NCBI GenBank assembly: GCA_025927955.1
Contig: JAICKK010000001.1
Coordinates: 1 to 62,415, forward strand
Origin: Nocardioidaceae bacterium
Lineage (GTDB): Bacteria > Actinomycetota > Actinomycetes > Propionibacteriales > Nocardioidaceae
Length of the DNA stretch: 62,415 bases
Direction: 5' to 3'
The position numbers were made by a program, and so were the translations under genes. This document shows, in pieces, positions 37,568 through 46,326 of this stretch. Under the pieces are notes generated by a model, which was not told the origin of the DNA, did no database searches, and saw only the letters and a list, made by a program, of their open reading frames with translations. Numbering within the stretch: position 1 is the first letter of the stretch; every line of letters begins with the position of its first letter.

Positions 37568-38043
37568 CCGCCTCGACCGTCACCCGACCGGTGGGCTCGG
37601 CGACCGGCCCGGCTCCCCGGCGCACCTCCTCCCCCTCACCTCGGCTCCGGCTGCTGGTGTGCGCGGCCGTGGTCGTCGCGGCGCTGGCCTGGATCGCGGT
37701 GCGCGGCCTCACGTCGAGCTTCGTCTACTACCTCACCCCCTCGGACATCGTCGTGGCCCACAAGGCCGACGTGGGCCAGCGGGTCCGCCTCGGCGGGCTG
37801 GTGGTGGCCGGCAGCGTGTCCCGCGTCCACGACGGGGCCCTGAGGTTCACCGTGACCGACGGGAGGCGGTCGATGCGGGTGGTCAGCACCGGGTCGGTCC
37901 CCGAGCTGTTCCGGGCCGGGCAGGGCGTGGTCCTCGAGGGCGCGCTGCGCGCGGACCACCGGTTCCACGCCGACACGCTGCTGGTCAAGCACGACGGCCA
38001 GTACCGCGCACCCGACCTCGGCTCCTCGGCACAGGAAGGCTGA
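37564..38043 (+). CDS. ccmE: Heme chaperone CcmE
   Basis: YYLTPS, VRLGGLV..GS, PELFRAGQGV, KHDGQY (HxxxY). Confidence 0.93.
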   Translation: MTASTVTRPVGSATGPAPRRTSSPSPRLRLLVCAAVVVAALAWIAVRGLTSSFVYYLTPSDIVVAHKADVGQRVRLGGLVVAGSVSRVHDGALRFTVTDGRRSMRVVSTGSVPELFRAGQGVVLEGALRADHRFHADTLLVKHDGQYRAPDLGSSAQEG

Positions 38044-38045
38044 CG

Positions 38046-40010
38046 ATGGCTGCACTGACTGTTGGCGCATGGGGGACCGCGGGCCTGGGCGTGGCGCTCG
38101 TGCTGGCCGTGCTCGGCCTGGCCCTGGCCGTGGCGGGGGCTCGTACGGCGCGACCGCAGCTGGTCGGCACCGCCGGCCAGGTCGCGGTCGGTGTCCTCGC
38201 GGTCCTCGTGCTGGTCAACGGCGCGATGCTCGCGGCGCTCCTGCGCAACGACTTCGCGGTGCGCTACGTCGCGGAGAACTCCTCGCGCGCGACACCGGTC
38301 TTCTACAAGGTCCTGGCGCTGTGGGCGGCCGACGACGGGTCCCTGCTGCTGTGGAACCTGCTCCTGGCCGGCTACCTGGTCGTCGTGGTGTGGCGGTTCC
38401 GTCGCACGGTCGGCGCCGGCGAGGCCACCTACCCCTATGCCCTTGCGGTGCTCTTCGCGGTACAGGCGTTCTACCTGCTGCTGGTCAACGGCCCGGCGCG
38501 GCCGTTCGGTGCGACGGTTGCGGTGCCCGCCGACGGGCGCGGACCTGCCCCGCTGCTGCAGAACCATCCGCTGATGGCCGTCCACCCTCCCTTCCTCTAC
38601 CTCGGGTTCATCGGGTTCACGGTGCCCTTCGCGTTCGGCGTCGCGGCGCTGATGGCGGATGCTCCCGACGACTGGCTGCGGCTGGTCCGCCGGTGGACGC
38701 TGGCGGTCTGGTGCTTCCTCACCGTGGGGCTGAGCCTGGGCGCGCTGTGGTCGTACTCGGTGCTCGGCTGGGGCGGCTACTGGGCCTGGGACCCCGTGGA
38801 GAACGTCGCGCTGCTGCCCTGGCTGGTGTCCACGGCGTTCCTGCACTCGGTGATGCTCCAGCAGCGCCGCGGGATGGCCCGGGTGTGGAACCTCGCCCTG
38901 GTCATCGCGGCGTTCGCCCTCACCACGTTCGGCACCTTCCTGACCCGCGGCAGCGTCCTGTCGTCGATCCACGCCTTCACCGAGACGGCCGTCGGCCCGG
39001 CGTACCTGTCGTTCCTCGGGCTGGTGCTGGTCGGCGGCTACGGGCTGCTGGTGTGGCGGCTGCCGGCGCTGCGCTCCCCGGCCGCACTGGACTCGCTCGC
39101 CTCGAGGGAGGCGGCGTTCGTCGGGAACAACGTCCTGCTGCTGTCCGCGGCGGCCATCGTGCTGCTCGGCACGGTGTTCCCGCTGGCGGTCGAGGCGGTC
39201 GGCGGTGCGCAGCTGACGGTCGGCGGGCCGTACTTCCGCGCCGCGGTGACACCGGTGTTCCTCCTCCTGCTGCTGCTGGTCGGCGCGGCCCCGCTCCTGC
39301 CGTGGCGCACCGCGAACCGTGACCGGACGCTGGCCCGCCTCCGTGCGCCGGTGGTCGCGGCGGCGGCCGTGACGGTGGCGTGCGCGCTGGCCGGCCTTCG
39401 CGACGTGACGGCGGTCGTCGGCTTCGCCCTGGTCGGGTTCGTGCTGGTGGGCAACGGTGGGCAGCTGCTGGACGCCGCCCTGGTGGCGCGTCGGCGTCGG
39501 CGCGGCGGACGGCACCGTCCCCCGGCCGGCCGGCGCGCCGGGCTCGTCGTCCACGTCGGGCTCGCGCTGCTGGCCGCCGGCATCATCGCCTCGTCCGCGT
39601 TCGCCCAGCAGGCGGAGGTGACGCTGCGGGCCGGGCACTCGACCACGTTCGCCGGCTACCGCCTGCGCTACGTCGGGCTGGAGACCGACCGGCAAGCCCA
39701 GCGGACCGTCCTGACCACCCCCGTCTCGGTCACCCGGCCGTCGGGGGCCAGCGGCGGCGTGCTCGACCCGCGGCTGAACCTGTATCCGGCCGCCTCCGAG
39801 CCGATCGGCTCGCCCTCGATCCAGCGCGGCGTGGTGTGGGACCTCTACGCCTCGGTGATCGGGCTGCAGGACGAGGGCGCCTCGGCGACGTTCCGCCTCT
39901 ACCGCAACCCCGGCGTGAGCTGGCTGTGGCTGGGCGCCCTGGTGATGGCGCTGGGCGGCGCCTCCGCCTGGTGGGGCCGCCGCCTGCCCCGTCCAGGAGC
40001 CCGGTCATGA
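38046..40010 (+). CDS. ccmF: Heme lyase CcmF
   Basis: DFAVRYV, GSLLLW, LLQNH..M.VHPP, WGGYWAWDPVEN, FGTFLTRG, SIHAF. Confidence 0.96.
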   Translation: MAALTVGAWGTAGLGVALVLAVLGLALAVAGARTARPQLVGTAGQVAVGVLAVLVLVNGAMLAALLRNDFAVRYVAENSSRATPVFYKVLALWAADDGSLLLWNLLLAGYLVVVVWRFRRTVGAGEATYPYALAVLFAVQAFYLLLVNGPARPFGATVAVPADGRGPAPLLQNHPLMAVHPPFLYLGFIGFTVPFAFGVAALMADAPDDWLRLVRRWTLAVWCFLTVGLSLGALWSYSVLGWGGYWAWDPVENVALLPWLVSTAFLHSVMLQQRRGMARVWNLALVIAAFALTTFGTFLTRGSVLSSIHAFTETAVGPAYLSFLGLVLVGGYGLLVWRLPALRSPAALDSLASREAAFVGNNVLLLSAAAIVLLGTVFPLAVEAVGGAQLTVGGPYFRAAVTPVFLLLLLLVGAAPLLPWRTANRDRTLARLRAPVVAAAAVTVACALAGLRDVTAVVGFALVGFVLVGNGGQLLDAALVARRRRRGGRHRPPAGRRAGLVVHVGLALLAAGIIASSAFAQQAEVTLRAGHSTTFAGYRLRYVGLETDRQAQRTVLTTPVSVTRPSGASGGVLDPRLNLYPAASEPIGSPSIQRGVVWDLYASVIGLQDEGASATFRLYRNPGVSWLWLGALVMALGGASAWWGRRLPRPGARS

Positions 40011-40576
40011 CGACCCGGCGCACCGGCACGCTGCTGGGCATGGTCGCCGTGGTCGCCCTGGTGGTGGTCGCGTGCCTGCTGCTGGCCACCGGGCTGGGCC
40101 GGGGCAACGCCGTCGCGGCGTCCCCGCTCGTGGGCCACAGGGCCCCGGACTTCACGCTGCCCGCCCTGCCCGGCACCGTCGCCACGGGCAGCGAGAGGCA
40201 GGTGCGGCTGTCCGCCCTGCGCGGCCAGGTGGTGCTGGTGAACTTCTGGGCGTCCTGGTGCACGGAGTGCCGCGACGAGCAGGCGGACCTGAACCGGCTG
40301 TGGACCCGCTACCGGGACGCGCGGGTCGTCGTGGTCGGGGTGGACTTCCAGGACGCGGCCGGGGACGCGCGCGGCTTCGTGGCCCGCAGCGGCGCGACCT
40401 ACCCGGTGGTGGCGGACCGGCGCTCGCAGACGGCGCTGGCGTACGGCGTGCGCGGGATCCCCGAGACCTACCTCGTCGCACCCGACGGGCGGCTCGTCGA
40501 CCGGGTCGTCGGCGCGGTCGACGCCGACCGGCTCGGCCGGCGGATCGACGCGCTGCTGGACGGAGCCCGGTCATGA
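40007..40576 (+). CDS. ccmG: TlpA/CcmG-type thiol-disulfide reductase
   Basis: N-terminal TM, NFWASWCTEC, GIPETY. Confidence 0.88.
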   Translation: MTTRRTGTLLGMVAVVALVVVACLLLATGLGRGNAVAASPLVGHRAPDFTLPALPGTVATGSERQVRLSALRGQVVLVNFWASWCTECRDEQADLNRLWTRYRDARVVVVGVDFQDAAGDARGFVARSGATYPVVADRRSQTALAYGVRGIPETYLVAPDGRLVDRVVGAVDADRLGRRIDALLDGARS

Positions 40577-41631
40577 CCGTCCGGCGTCGCACGGGGCCGC
40601 TCCTCGTGCTGCTGGCGACGCTGACGGCCCTGGCCGCGCTCGCGGTGGTGGGGGTGCGGCCGGGGCCGGCCCCCACGCGGGCGGCGCAGGCCTACCGCAT
40701 CGCGGCCGGGCTGCGCTGCCCGGTCTGCCAGGACCTGTCGGTGGCCGACTCACCCGCGCCGCTCGCCCGCCAGATGCGGCACCGGATCACCGCCGACCTC
40801 GCCGCCGGTCGCTCCGCGGCCCTGATCCGCGCGCGCTTCGTCTCCGCCTACGGACCCTCCGTGCTGATGTCCCCGACCGGCACGGGTGTGGGAACGGTGG
40901 TCCGCGCGCTGCCCGTCGTCGTACCCGGCGCCGGGCTCGTGGTGGGCGGCGTGCTGCTGCGCCGGTGGCTGTCGGGGCGACGAGCGGCTCCCCCCGCCCG
41001 GGCGCCGGCCCCCGCGCGCCGCCCGGTCAGCCGGCCTCGCCAGGCGGCACCGAGGGGTCCCCGGTGGCGTCGGCGGGCCGTCGTCCTGGCCGCCGCTCTC
41101 GCGGCCGCGGTCGGCGTCTCGACCGCTCTCGTCGGGGCGGTCCAGCCCCGCTCGGCCTCCTCCACGGTCGCCGCCGCGCCCGGCCAGACGGTACGGGGCG
41201 CCCCGGACGGCCAGGCGGCGCTCGCCGCCGCGGTCCGGCGGGTGAGGAGGCATCCCCGCGACGTCGCCGCGCATCTCGCGCTGGCCCGGGCCTACGCCTC
41301 CCTCGGACAGCAGCGGCTCGCGGCGATCGAGTACCTCGCGGTGGCGAGGGTCGACCCCGGGAACGCCGAGGCGAGCACGGCCCTGGCCATGATGGCCTTC
41401 GTCGCCCGCGCACCGGCGGAGGCGAAGCGGATCGTGGACCGGGTGCTGCGCGCGCATCCCGGCTACCCCGAGGCCCTCTACACCCGTGGCCTGGTCCAGC
41501 TGATGGGCCTGCGACACCTGTCGGCGGGACGCGCGGACCTGCACGCCTACCTCCGGGTCGCGCCGTTCGGCGCCCACCGGCGGACCGTCGAGACCTTGCT
41601 GGCCCTCTCCGAGAAGGGTCCTCCACGATGA
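40573..41631 (+). CDS. ccmH: CcmH with C-terminal TPR (CcmI-like) domain
   Basis: LRCPVCQ..SVADS.A.LA..M; TPR-like helices. Confidence 0.9.
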   Translation: MTVRRRTGPLLVLLATLTALAALAVVGVRPGPAPTRAAQAYRIAAGLRCPVCQDLSVADSPAPLARQMRHRITADLAAGRSAALIRARFVSAYGPSVLMSPTGTGVGTVVRALPVVVPGAGLVVGGVLLRRWLSGRRAAPPARAPAPARRPVSRPRQAAPRGPRWRRRAVVLAAALAAAVGVSTALVGAVQPRSASSTVAAAPGQTVRGAPDGQAALAAAVRRVRRHPRDVAAHLALARAYASLGQQRLAAIEYLAVARVDPGNAEASTALAMMAFVARAPAEAKRIVDRVLRAHPGYPEALYTRGLVQLMGLRHLSAGRADLHAYLRVAPFGAHRRTVETLLALSEKGPPR

Positions 41632-42923
41632 CGTCGATCGCCTGCCTGACGGTGGCGGGAGCTGCCGTGCCGCTCGCGTTCCTCGAGCGGCTCAGCATGC
41701 GCCCCGACGACGCCCCGCTGCTGCGCCGGCTCCTGGCGGGCAGCGGGGCCGACCAGGTCGTGGTCCTGTCGACCTGCGAGCGGGTCGAGCTCTACGCGGC
41801 CTGGAGCGGCCCCGCCCGTCCCGACGACCTGCTCGTCGCCTTGGCGACGGAGCGGCGCATCGCGGCCGCCGAGGTCACGGCGGCCGCCCACGCGCATGTC
41901 GGAGCGGACGCTGTCCGCCACCTGTTCCGGGTCGTGTGCGGGCTCGAGTCCTTCGTCCTGGGCGAGACCGACATCGTCGCGCAGGTCCGCGCCGCCGCGG
42001 CGGGTGCGCGCGGGTCGGCGGTATCGGGATGCGAGCTGGACCGGCTCCTTGCCACGGCCGTGAGCACGTCGCGTCGCGTCCACCGGCGCACCGGGTTCGG
42101 CGAGTCGACCCGCTCGGTCGCCGACGCGGCGGTGGAGACGGTGGCGGCACGGATCGGGTCGGCAGCCTCGGCGGGACCGCTGGCGGGACGGCGCGTCCTC
42201 GTCGTCGGCGCCGGACGGCTCGCCGCCTCGGTGGTCGCCCGAGCCGGGCGTCTCGGCGCGTGCGTGACCGTCTGCAACCGGAGCCGGCGGCACGCGGACA
42301 GGCTCGCCGCGGCCGGCGCCTCCGTGGTCACCCTGGACGCGCTGCCGGACGCTCTCCGCAGCGCCGACGCGGTGATCCTCGGCACCGCCTCACCGCTGCG
42401 GCTCATCGACGCCGCCATGATCCGCGCCGCCCGCGCGGGTCGCCGGAGTGCCGGTGGCGACCTCGTGGTGGTCGACGCGTGCCTGCCGCGCAACGTGGAG
42501 CCCGGCGTACGGGACCTCCCCGGCGTCGTCCTGCTGGACCTCGCCGACCTCCGTGCCGACGGGACCGGCCCGTCGCTGGCCCTGACCCGCGACGCCGAGG
42601 TCGCCGCGTCCATCGTGGAGGAAGAGGTGCACGGGTTCACCCGGTGGCTGGCCGGCCGCGACGTCGTGCCGATGGTGCGGGCCTTGCGCGACGACGTGGA
42701 CGCCTACGCCGCCGCGGAGGCCGGACGGGTGGCCGCCGACGTCGCCGACGAGCTGGCGGCACGGCTGCCGGACGAGGTCGCGACTGCCCTCCGCGCAGCC
42801 GTCCACCGCTCGGTGCGACGGCTGGCCCACCGGCCCACCGAGCTGCTGGTCGACGCCGCCCTGGCCGGCGACCCGGCCACCGTGGCGGCGATCTCCGTGC
42901 TCTTCCGCCCCGGCGACCGATGA
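41628..42923 (+). CDS. hemA: Glutamyl-tRNA reductase, divergent copy
   Basis: LSTCERVE, GLESFVLGETDI..QV, GAGRLA, NRS, D.CLPRNVE. Confidence 0.85.
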   Translation: MTSIACLTVAGAAVPLAFLERLSMRPDDAPLLRRLLAGSGADQVVVLSTCERVELYAAWSGPARPDDLLVALATERRIAAAEVTAAAHAHVGADAVRHLFRVVCGLESFVLGETDIVAQVRAAAAGARGSAVSGCELDRLLATAVSTSRRVHRRTGFGESTRSVADAAVETVAARIGSAASAGPLAGRRVLVVGAGRLAASVVARAGRLGACVTVCNRSRRHADRLAAAGASVVTLDALPDALRSADAVILGTASPLRLIDAAMIRAARAGRRSAGGDLVVVDACLPRNVEPGVRDLPGVVLLDLADLRADGTGPSLALTRDAEVAASIVEEEVHGFTRWLAGRDVVPMVRALRDDVDAYAAAEAGRVAADVADELAARLPDEVATALRAAVHRSVRRLAHRPTELLVDAALAGDPATVAAISVLFRPGDR

Positions 42924-42947
42924 GGAACGGGGCCGGATCCGGTCCGG

Positions 42948-42965
42948 ATCAGGGACATCCCCGAT
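42948..42965. promoter_or_regulatory. Imperfect palindrome upstream of the MMPL gene, candidate operator
   Basis: ATCAGGG-ACAT-CCCCGAT (one mismatch). Confidence 0.4.
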
Positions 42966-42999
42966 TCGGGCCCCCCTCGCCCTGTGATGGAGTTCTCGC

Positions 43000-45129
43000 A
43001 TGCATCGCCAGATCGCCGGACGGCTGACCGGCCGCTACACCAAGTGGTTCGTGCTCGGACTCTGGATCCTCGTGCTCTTCGTCGCCGCGCCCTTCGCCGG
43101 GAAGCTGACCAGCGTCCAGGACAACCAGGCGTCGTCCTGGCTGCCCGCGAGTGCCGAGTCGACCAAGGCCCTCGACAAGCTGGGCGCGTTCCAGGACCAG
43201 AACGACATCCCGACGGTGATCGTCTACGAGCGCGCGTCGGGCCTCTCCAAGGGCGACCTGGCCGGGATCGCGACGCAGGTCGCGAAGATCCAGGAGCTGG
43301 ACGGCGCCGTGCCCGCCCGCACGCCGCAGGGCGACCCGCTGCCGCCGCAGGCACTGGTGCAGGTGTCGCCGGACGGCCAGGTGGCGCAGGCGGCCGTGAC
43401 GTTCAACTTCGGGAGCGACGGCTGGAACAAGCTGCCCGACGTCGCCCAGCAGATCCGCCACATCGCCACCATCCCCGGGGTCACCGTGCACCTCGCCGGA
43501 CCGGGCGGCCAGGCCGCGGACTCCGCCGAGGCGTTCTCAGGGCTGGACGGCAAGCTGCTCCTGTTCACCGTTCTCGTCGTGGTGGTGATCCTGCTCGTCA
43601 CCTACCGCAGCCCGACCCTGTGGCTGCTGCCGGTGATCTCCGCGGGCGTCGCGCTGACGACCGCGCAGGGCGTGATCTACCTGCTCGCCAAGTACGCCGG
43701 TCTCACGGTCAACGGCCAGAGCCAGGGCATCCTGACCGTCCTGGTCTTCGGCGCGGGCACCGACTACGCCCTGCTCCTGGTGGCCCGCTACCGCGAGGAG
43801 CTGCGCCGGCACGAGGACCGCCACGAGGCGATGGCGTTCGCGCTGCACCGCGCCGCGCCGGCGATCGTCGCGAGCGCGTCCACGGTCGTCCTCGCCATGG
43901 TGTGCCTGCTCGTGGCGGAGATGAACTCCACCGCGGGACTGGGGCCGGTGGCGGCGATCGGCATCGGCGTCGGGCTGCTCGTCATGCTCACGCTGCTGCC
44001 CGCGCTGCTGGTGATCACCGGCCGGTGGATGTTCTGGCCGGCCCGTCCCCGGTTCGGCAGTGCCGAGCCCACCGCGGGCGGCTTCTGGGCCCGGGTCGGC
44101 GGGCGGATCGCCGCCCGTCCCCGCACCGTCTGGGTCGGCACGGCCCTCGTGCTCGCCGCCGCCAGCTTCGGCATCGTCGCGCTCAACGCCCACGGGCTGT
44201 CCACCGCGGACTCCTACACCAAGGAGTTCGACTCCATCAAGGGCCAGAAGGTGCTCGCGGCCCACCACCTCGCCGACCGCTCGACCCCGGTGATGGTCGT
44301 GGCCGACGCCGCCGGGGCGTCCGAGGTCAAGCGGGCCATGACGGGCGTGGAGGGGCTGGGTGAGCCCACCGGCCCCGTGGTCAAGGGCGGTGTCGCGTTC
44401 CTCTCGGCGCCCCTCGCCGAGGACCCGACCTCGCAGGCCGCGTTCGACACCGTGGACCGGGTCCGGGCCAGCGTGCACGCCGTGGACGGCGCGCACGCGC
44501 TGGTCGGCGGGGCGTCGGCGACCACCGCGGACATCGAGAAGGCGTCGGCCCACGACAACCTGGTGATCATCCCGCTCGTGCTCGTCGTCGTCCTGCTCGT
44601 CCTGATGGTGCTGCTGCGGGCGCTGTTCTCACCGCTGCTGCTCATCGGAACCGTCGTGCTGTCGTTCGGCGCGTCCTTGGGGGTGAGCTCGTTGCTGTTC
44701 AAGTACGTCTTCGGGTTCGCGGGCGCCGACGCCTCGCTGCCGCTGTTCGTCTTCGTCTTCCTGGTCGCCCTGGGCATCGACTACAACATCTTCTTGATGA
44801 CCCGGGTCCGGGAGGAGACGCCGGCTCACGGCACCCGCAGGGCCTCACGGATCGCCCTGGGCGCCACCGGTGGCGTGATCACCTCGGCGGGCATGGTGCT
44901 GGCCGCGACGTTCCTGGTGCTGGCCACCATGCCCCTGGTCGCCTTCGCGGAGATCGGCATCGCGGTCGCCCTGGGCGTGCTGCTCGACACGATGGTGGTC
45001 AGGTCGGTCCTCGTCACCGCCCTCAACCTCGACATCGGCAGCGCGATCTGGTGGCCCTCCCGGCTGGACCGCCACCCCTTGCGGGAGGACGAGCCCGACC
45101 CGACCACCCTCGAGGGCGCACCCGTCTGA
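43000..45129 (+). CDS. MMPL family RND transporter
   Basis: GAGTDYALLLVARYREEL; ALGIDYNIFLMTRVREE; TGGVITSAG. Confidence 0.95.
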   Translation: MHRQIAGRLTGRYTKWFVLGLWILVLFVAAPFAGKLTSVQDNQASSWLPASAESTKALDKLGAFQDQNDIPTVIVYERASGLSKGDLAGIATQVAKIQELDGAVPARTPQGDPLPPQALVQVSPDGQVAQAAVTFNFGSDGWNKLPDVAQQIRHIATIPGVTVHLAGPGGQAADSAEAFSGLDGKLLLFTVLVVVVILLVTYRSPTLWLLPVISAGVALTTAQGVIYLLAKYAGLTVNGQSQGILTVLVFGAGTDYALLLVARYREELRRHEDRHEAMAFALHRAAPAIVASASTVVLAMVCLLVAEMNSTAGLGPVAAIGIGVGLLVMLTLLPALLVITGRWMFWPARPRFGSAEPTAGGFWARVGGRIAARPRTVWVGTALVLAAASFGIVALNAHGLSTADSYTKEFDSIKGQKVLAAHHLADRSTPVMVVADAAGASEVKRAMTGVEGLGEPTGPVVKGGVAFLSAPLAEDPTSQAAFDTVDRVRASVHAVDGAHALVGGASATTADIEKASAHDNLVIIPLVLVVVLLVLMVLLRALFSPLLLIGTVVLSFGASLGVSSLLFKYVFGFAGADASLPLFVFVFLVALGIDYNIFLMTRVREETPAHGTRRASRIALGATGGVITSAGMVLAATFLVLATMPLVAFAEIGIAVALGVLLDTMVVRSVLVTALNLDIGSAIWWPSRLDRHPLREDEPDPTTLEGAPV

Positions 45130-45175
45130 CCGCTCCCGCGGCCTCGAGCGTGCCCGGGTCCTCGGCGACTCTTGA

Positions 45176-45191
45176 TTGACCGCCCGGTCAA
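45176..45191. promoter_or_regulatory. TetR-type operator palindrome
   Basis: TTGACCG-CC-CGGTCAA upstream of the SPW-TetR pair. Confidence 0.65.
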
Positions 45192-45259
45192 GACGAGCGA
45201 CAATGGAGGCAACGATTCGCCTCCGATCGACGGATCCTCACCACTGGACGGTGCTTCGA

Positions 45260-45628
45260 ATGAAGAGATCCCTCACGAGCTGGGCCCACCCGCAGGACTT
45301 CGTGGCCCTCATCGCGGGTGTCTACGCGCTGCTGTCCCCCATCTGGACGACCTCGACCCACCGGGCGACGACCACCATGATCGTCCTTGGTGCCGTGACC
45401 GCGATCCTCGCGCTCGTCTCGCTGGCGAGGCCGGGCATGGTCGCCGACGGGCTGGTCGCGCTGCTGGGAGTGCTGTTCGTGATCTCCCCCTGGGTGATGG
45501 GCTTCGACGCCACGCGCCCGATGGCGGTGACGGCCTGGGTCGTCGGCGTGGTCACCTTCCTCGTCGGAGCCGGGGACCTTGCGCTGGAGCGGACCGCGCA
45601 CCATCGTGGGCTTGCGGCCTCGCACTGA
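45260..45628 (+). CDS. SPW-repeat membrane protein
   Basis: LSPIW and ISPWVMGF repeats; four TMs. Confidence 0.82.
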   Translation: MKRSLTSWAHPQDFVALIAGVYALLSPIWTTSTHRATTTMIVLGAVTAILALVSLARPGMVADGLVALLGVLFVISPWVMGFDATRPMAVTAWVVGVVTFLVGAGDLALERTAHHRGLAASH

Positions 45629-45663
45629 CACGTTCGAGGGGCCCCCGACCGGTAGGACATGGC

Positions 45664-46302
45664 ATGACGCGCGCTCGCCCGACCCACGTCGGGCGAGCCG
45701 CGCGCCGGGCCACCGCCCCCGAGGACGGCTCCAACGACGGCGTCGAGACCCGCAGCCGGATCCTCGACGCCGCCGAGGACCTGATCGCCCGGGACGGGTT
45801 CGACGCCACCCCGACGGCCCAGATCGCCGCCCGGGCGGAGGTGCCCAAGGGCCTGCTCTTCTACTACTTCCCGAAGAAGATCGACCTCCTGCGCACCCTC
45901 CTCGCCGAGCGGCTGCCGGCGCACCCGCTGTGCGCCGCGGCCGACATCGCCGTCCACGGTGACGTCGCCGGGTCGCTGGTGCGACTCGCGCACGGCGTGG
46001 ACCTCAGCCGCCCCGACTCGCCGGTGCTGGCGTCCATCCTGTTCCGCGAGGCCGGGACGCACCCCGAGGTCGGCCATCACCTCCGCGCGATGCACGACGG
46101 GCTCGTGGAGCTGACCGAGCGGGTCCTCGACATCGCCGCGGCCTCGCCGCTGAACCACCGCCGGCGCCGGGAGGCGGCACAGACCTTCGTCGCCCTGCTG
46201 CTCCACAGCGCCAACGCGCGCCGCTTCGACGGACCCCTTCCCGACCTCACCGCGGCGGCGTCGATGGTGTCCTCGAGCCTGGTGCCGATCGGCGGCGCGT
46301 GA
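45664..46302 (+). CDS. TetR/AcrR family regulator
   Basis: RILDAAEDL...IAARAEVPKGLLFYYFPKK. Confidence 0.93.
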   Translation: MTRARPTHVGRAARRATAPEDGSNDGVETRSRILDAAEDLIARDGFDATPTAQIAARAEVPKGLLFYYFPKKIDLLRTLLAERLPAHPLCAAADIAVHGDVAGSLVRLAHGVDLSRPDSPVLASILFREAGTHPEVGHHLRAMHDGLVELTERVLDIAAASPLNHRRRREAAQTFVALLLHSANARRFDGPLPDLTAAASMVSSSLVPIGGA

Positions 46303-46326
46303 GGCGCCGCGGCGTCGCCGCCCGGC

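Noticed and set aside
43000-45129. MMPL transporter as part of the Ccm/heme cassette
   Set aside because: It is not translationally coupled, has a 76-bp gap with its own palindrome, and belongs to a common stand-alone family. A link is unsupported though not excluded.
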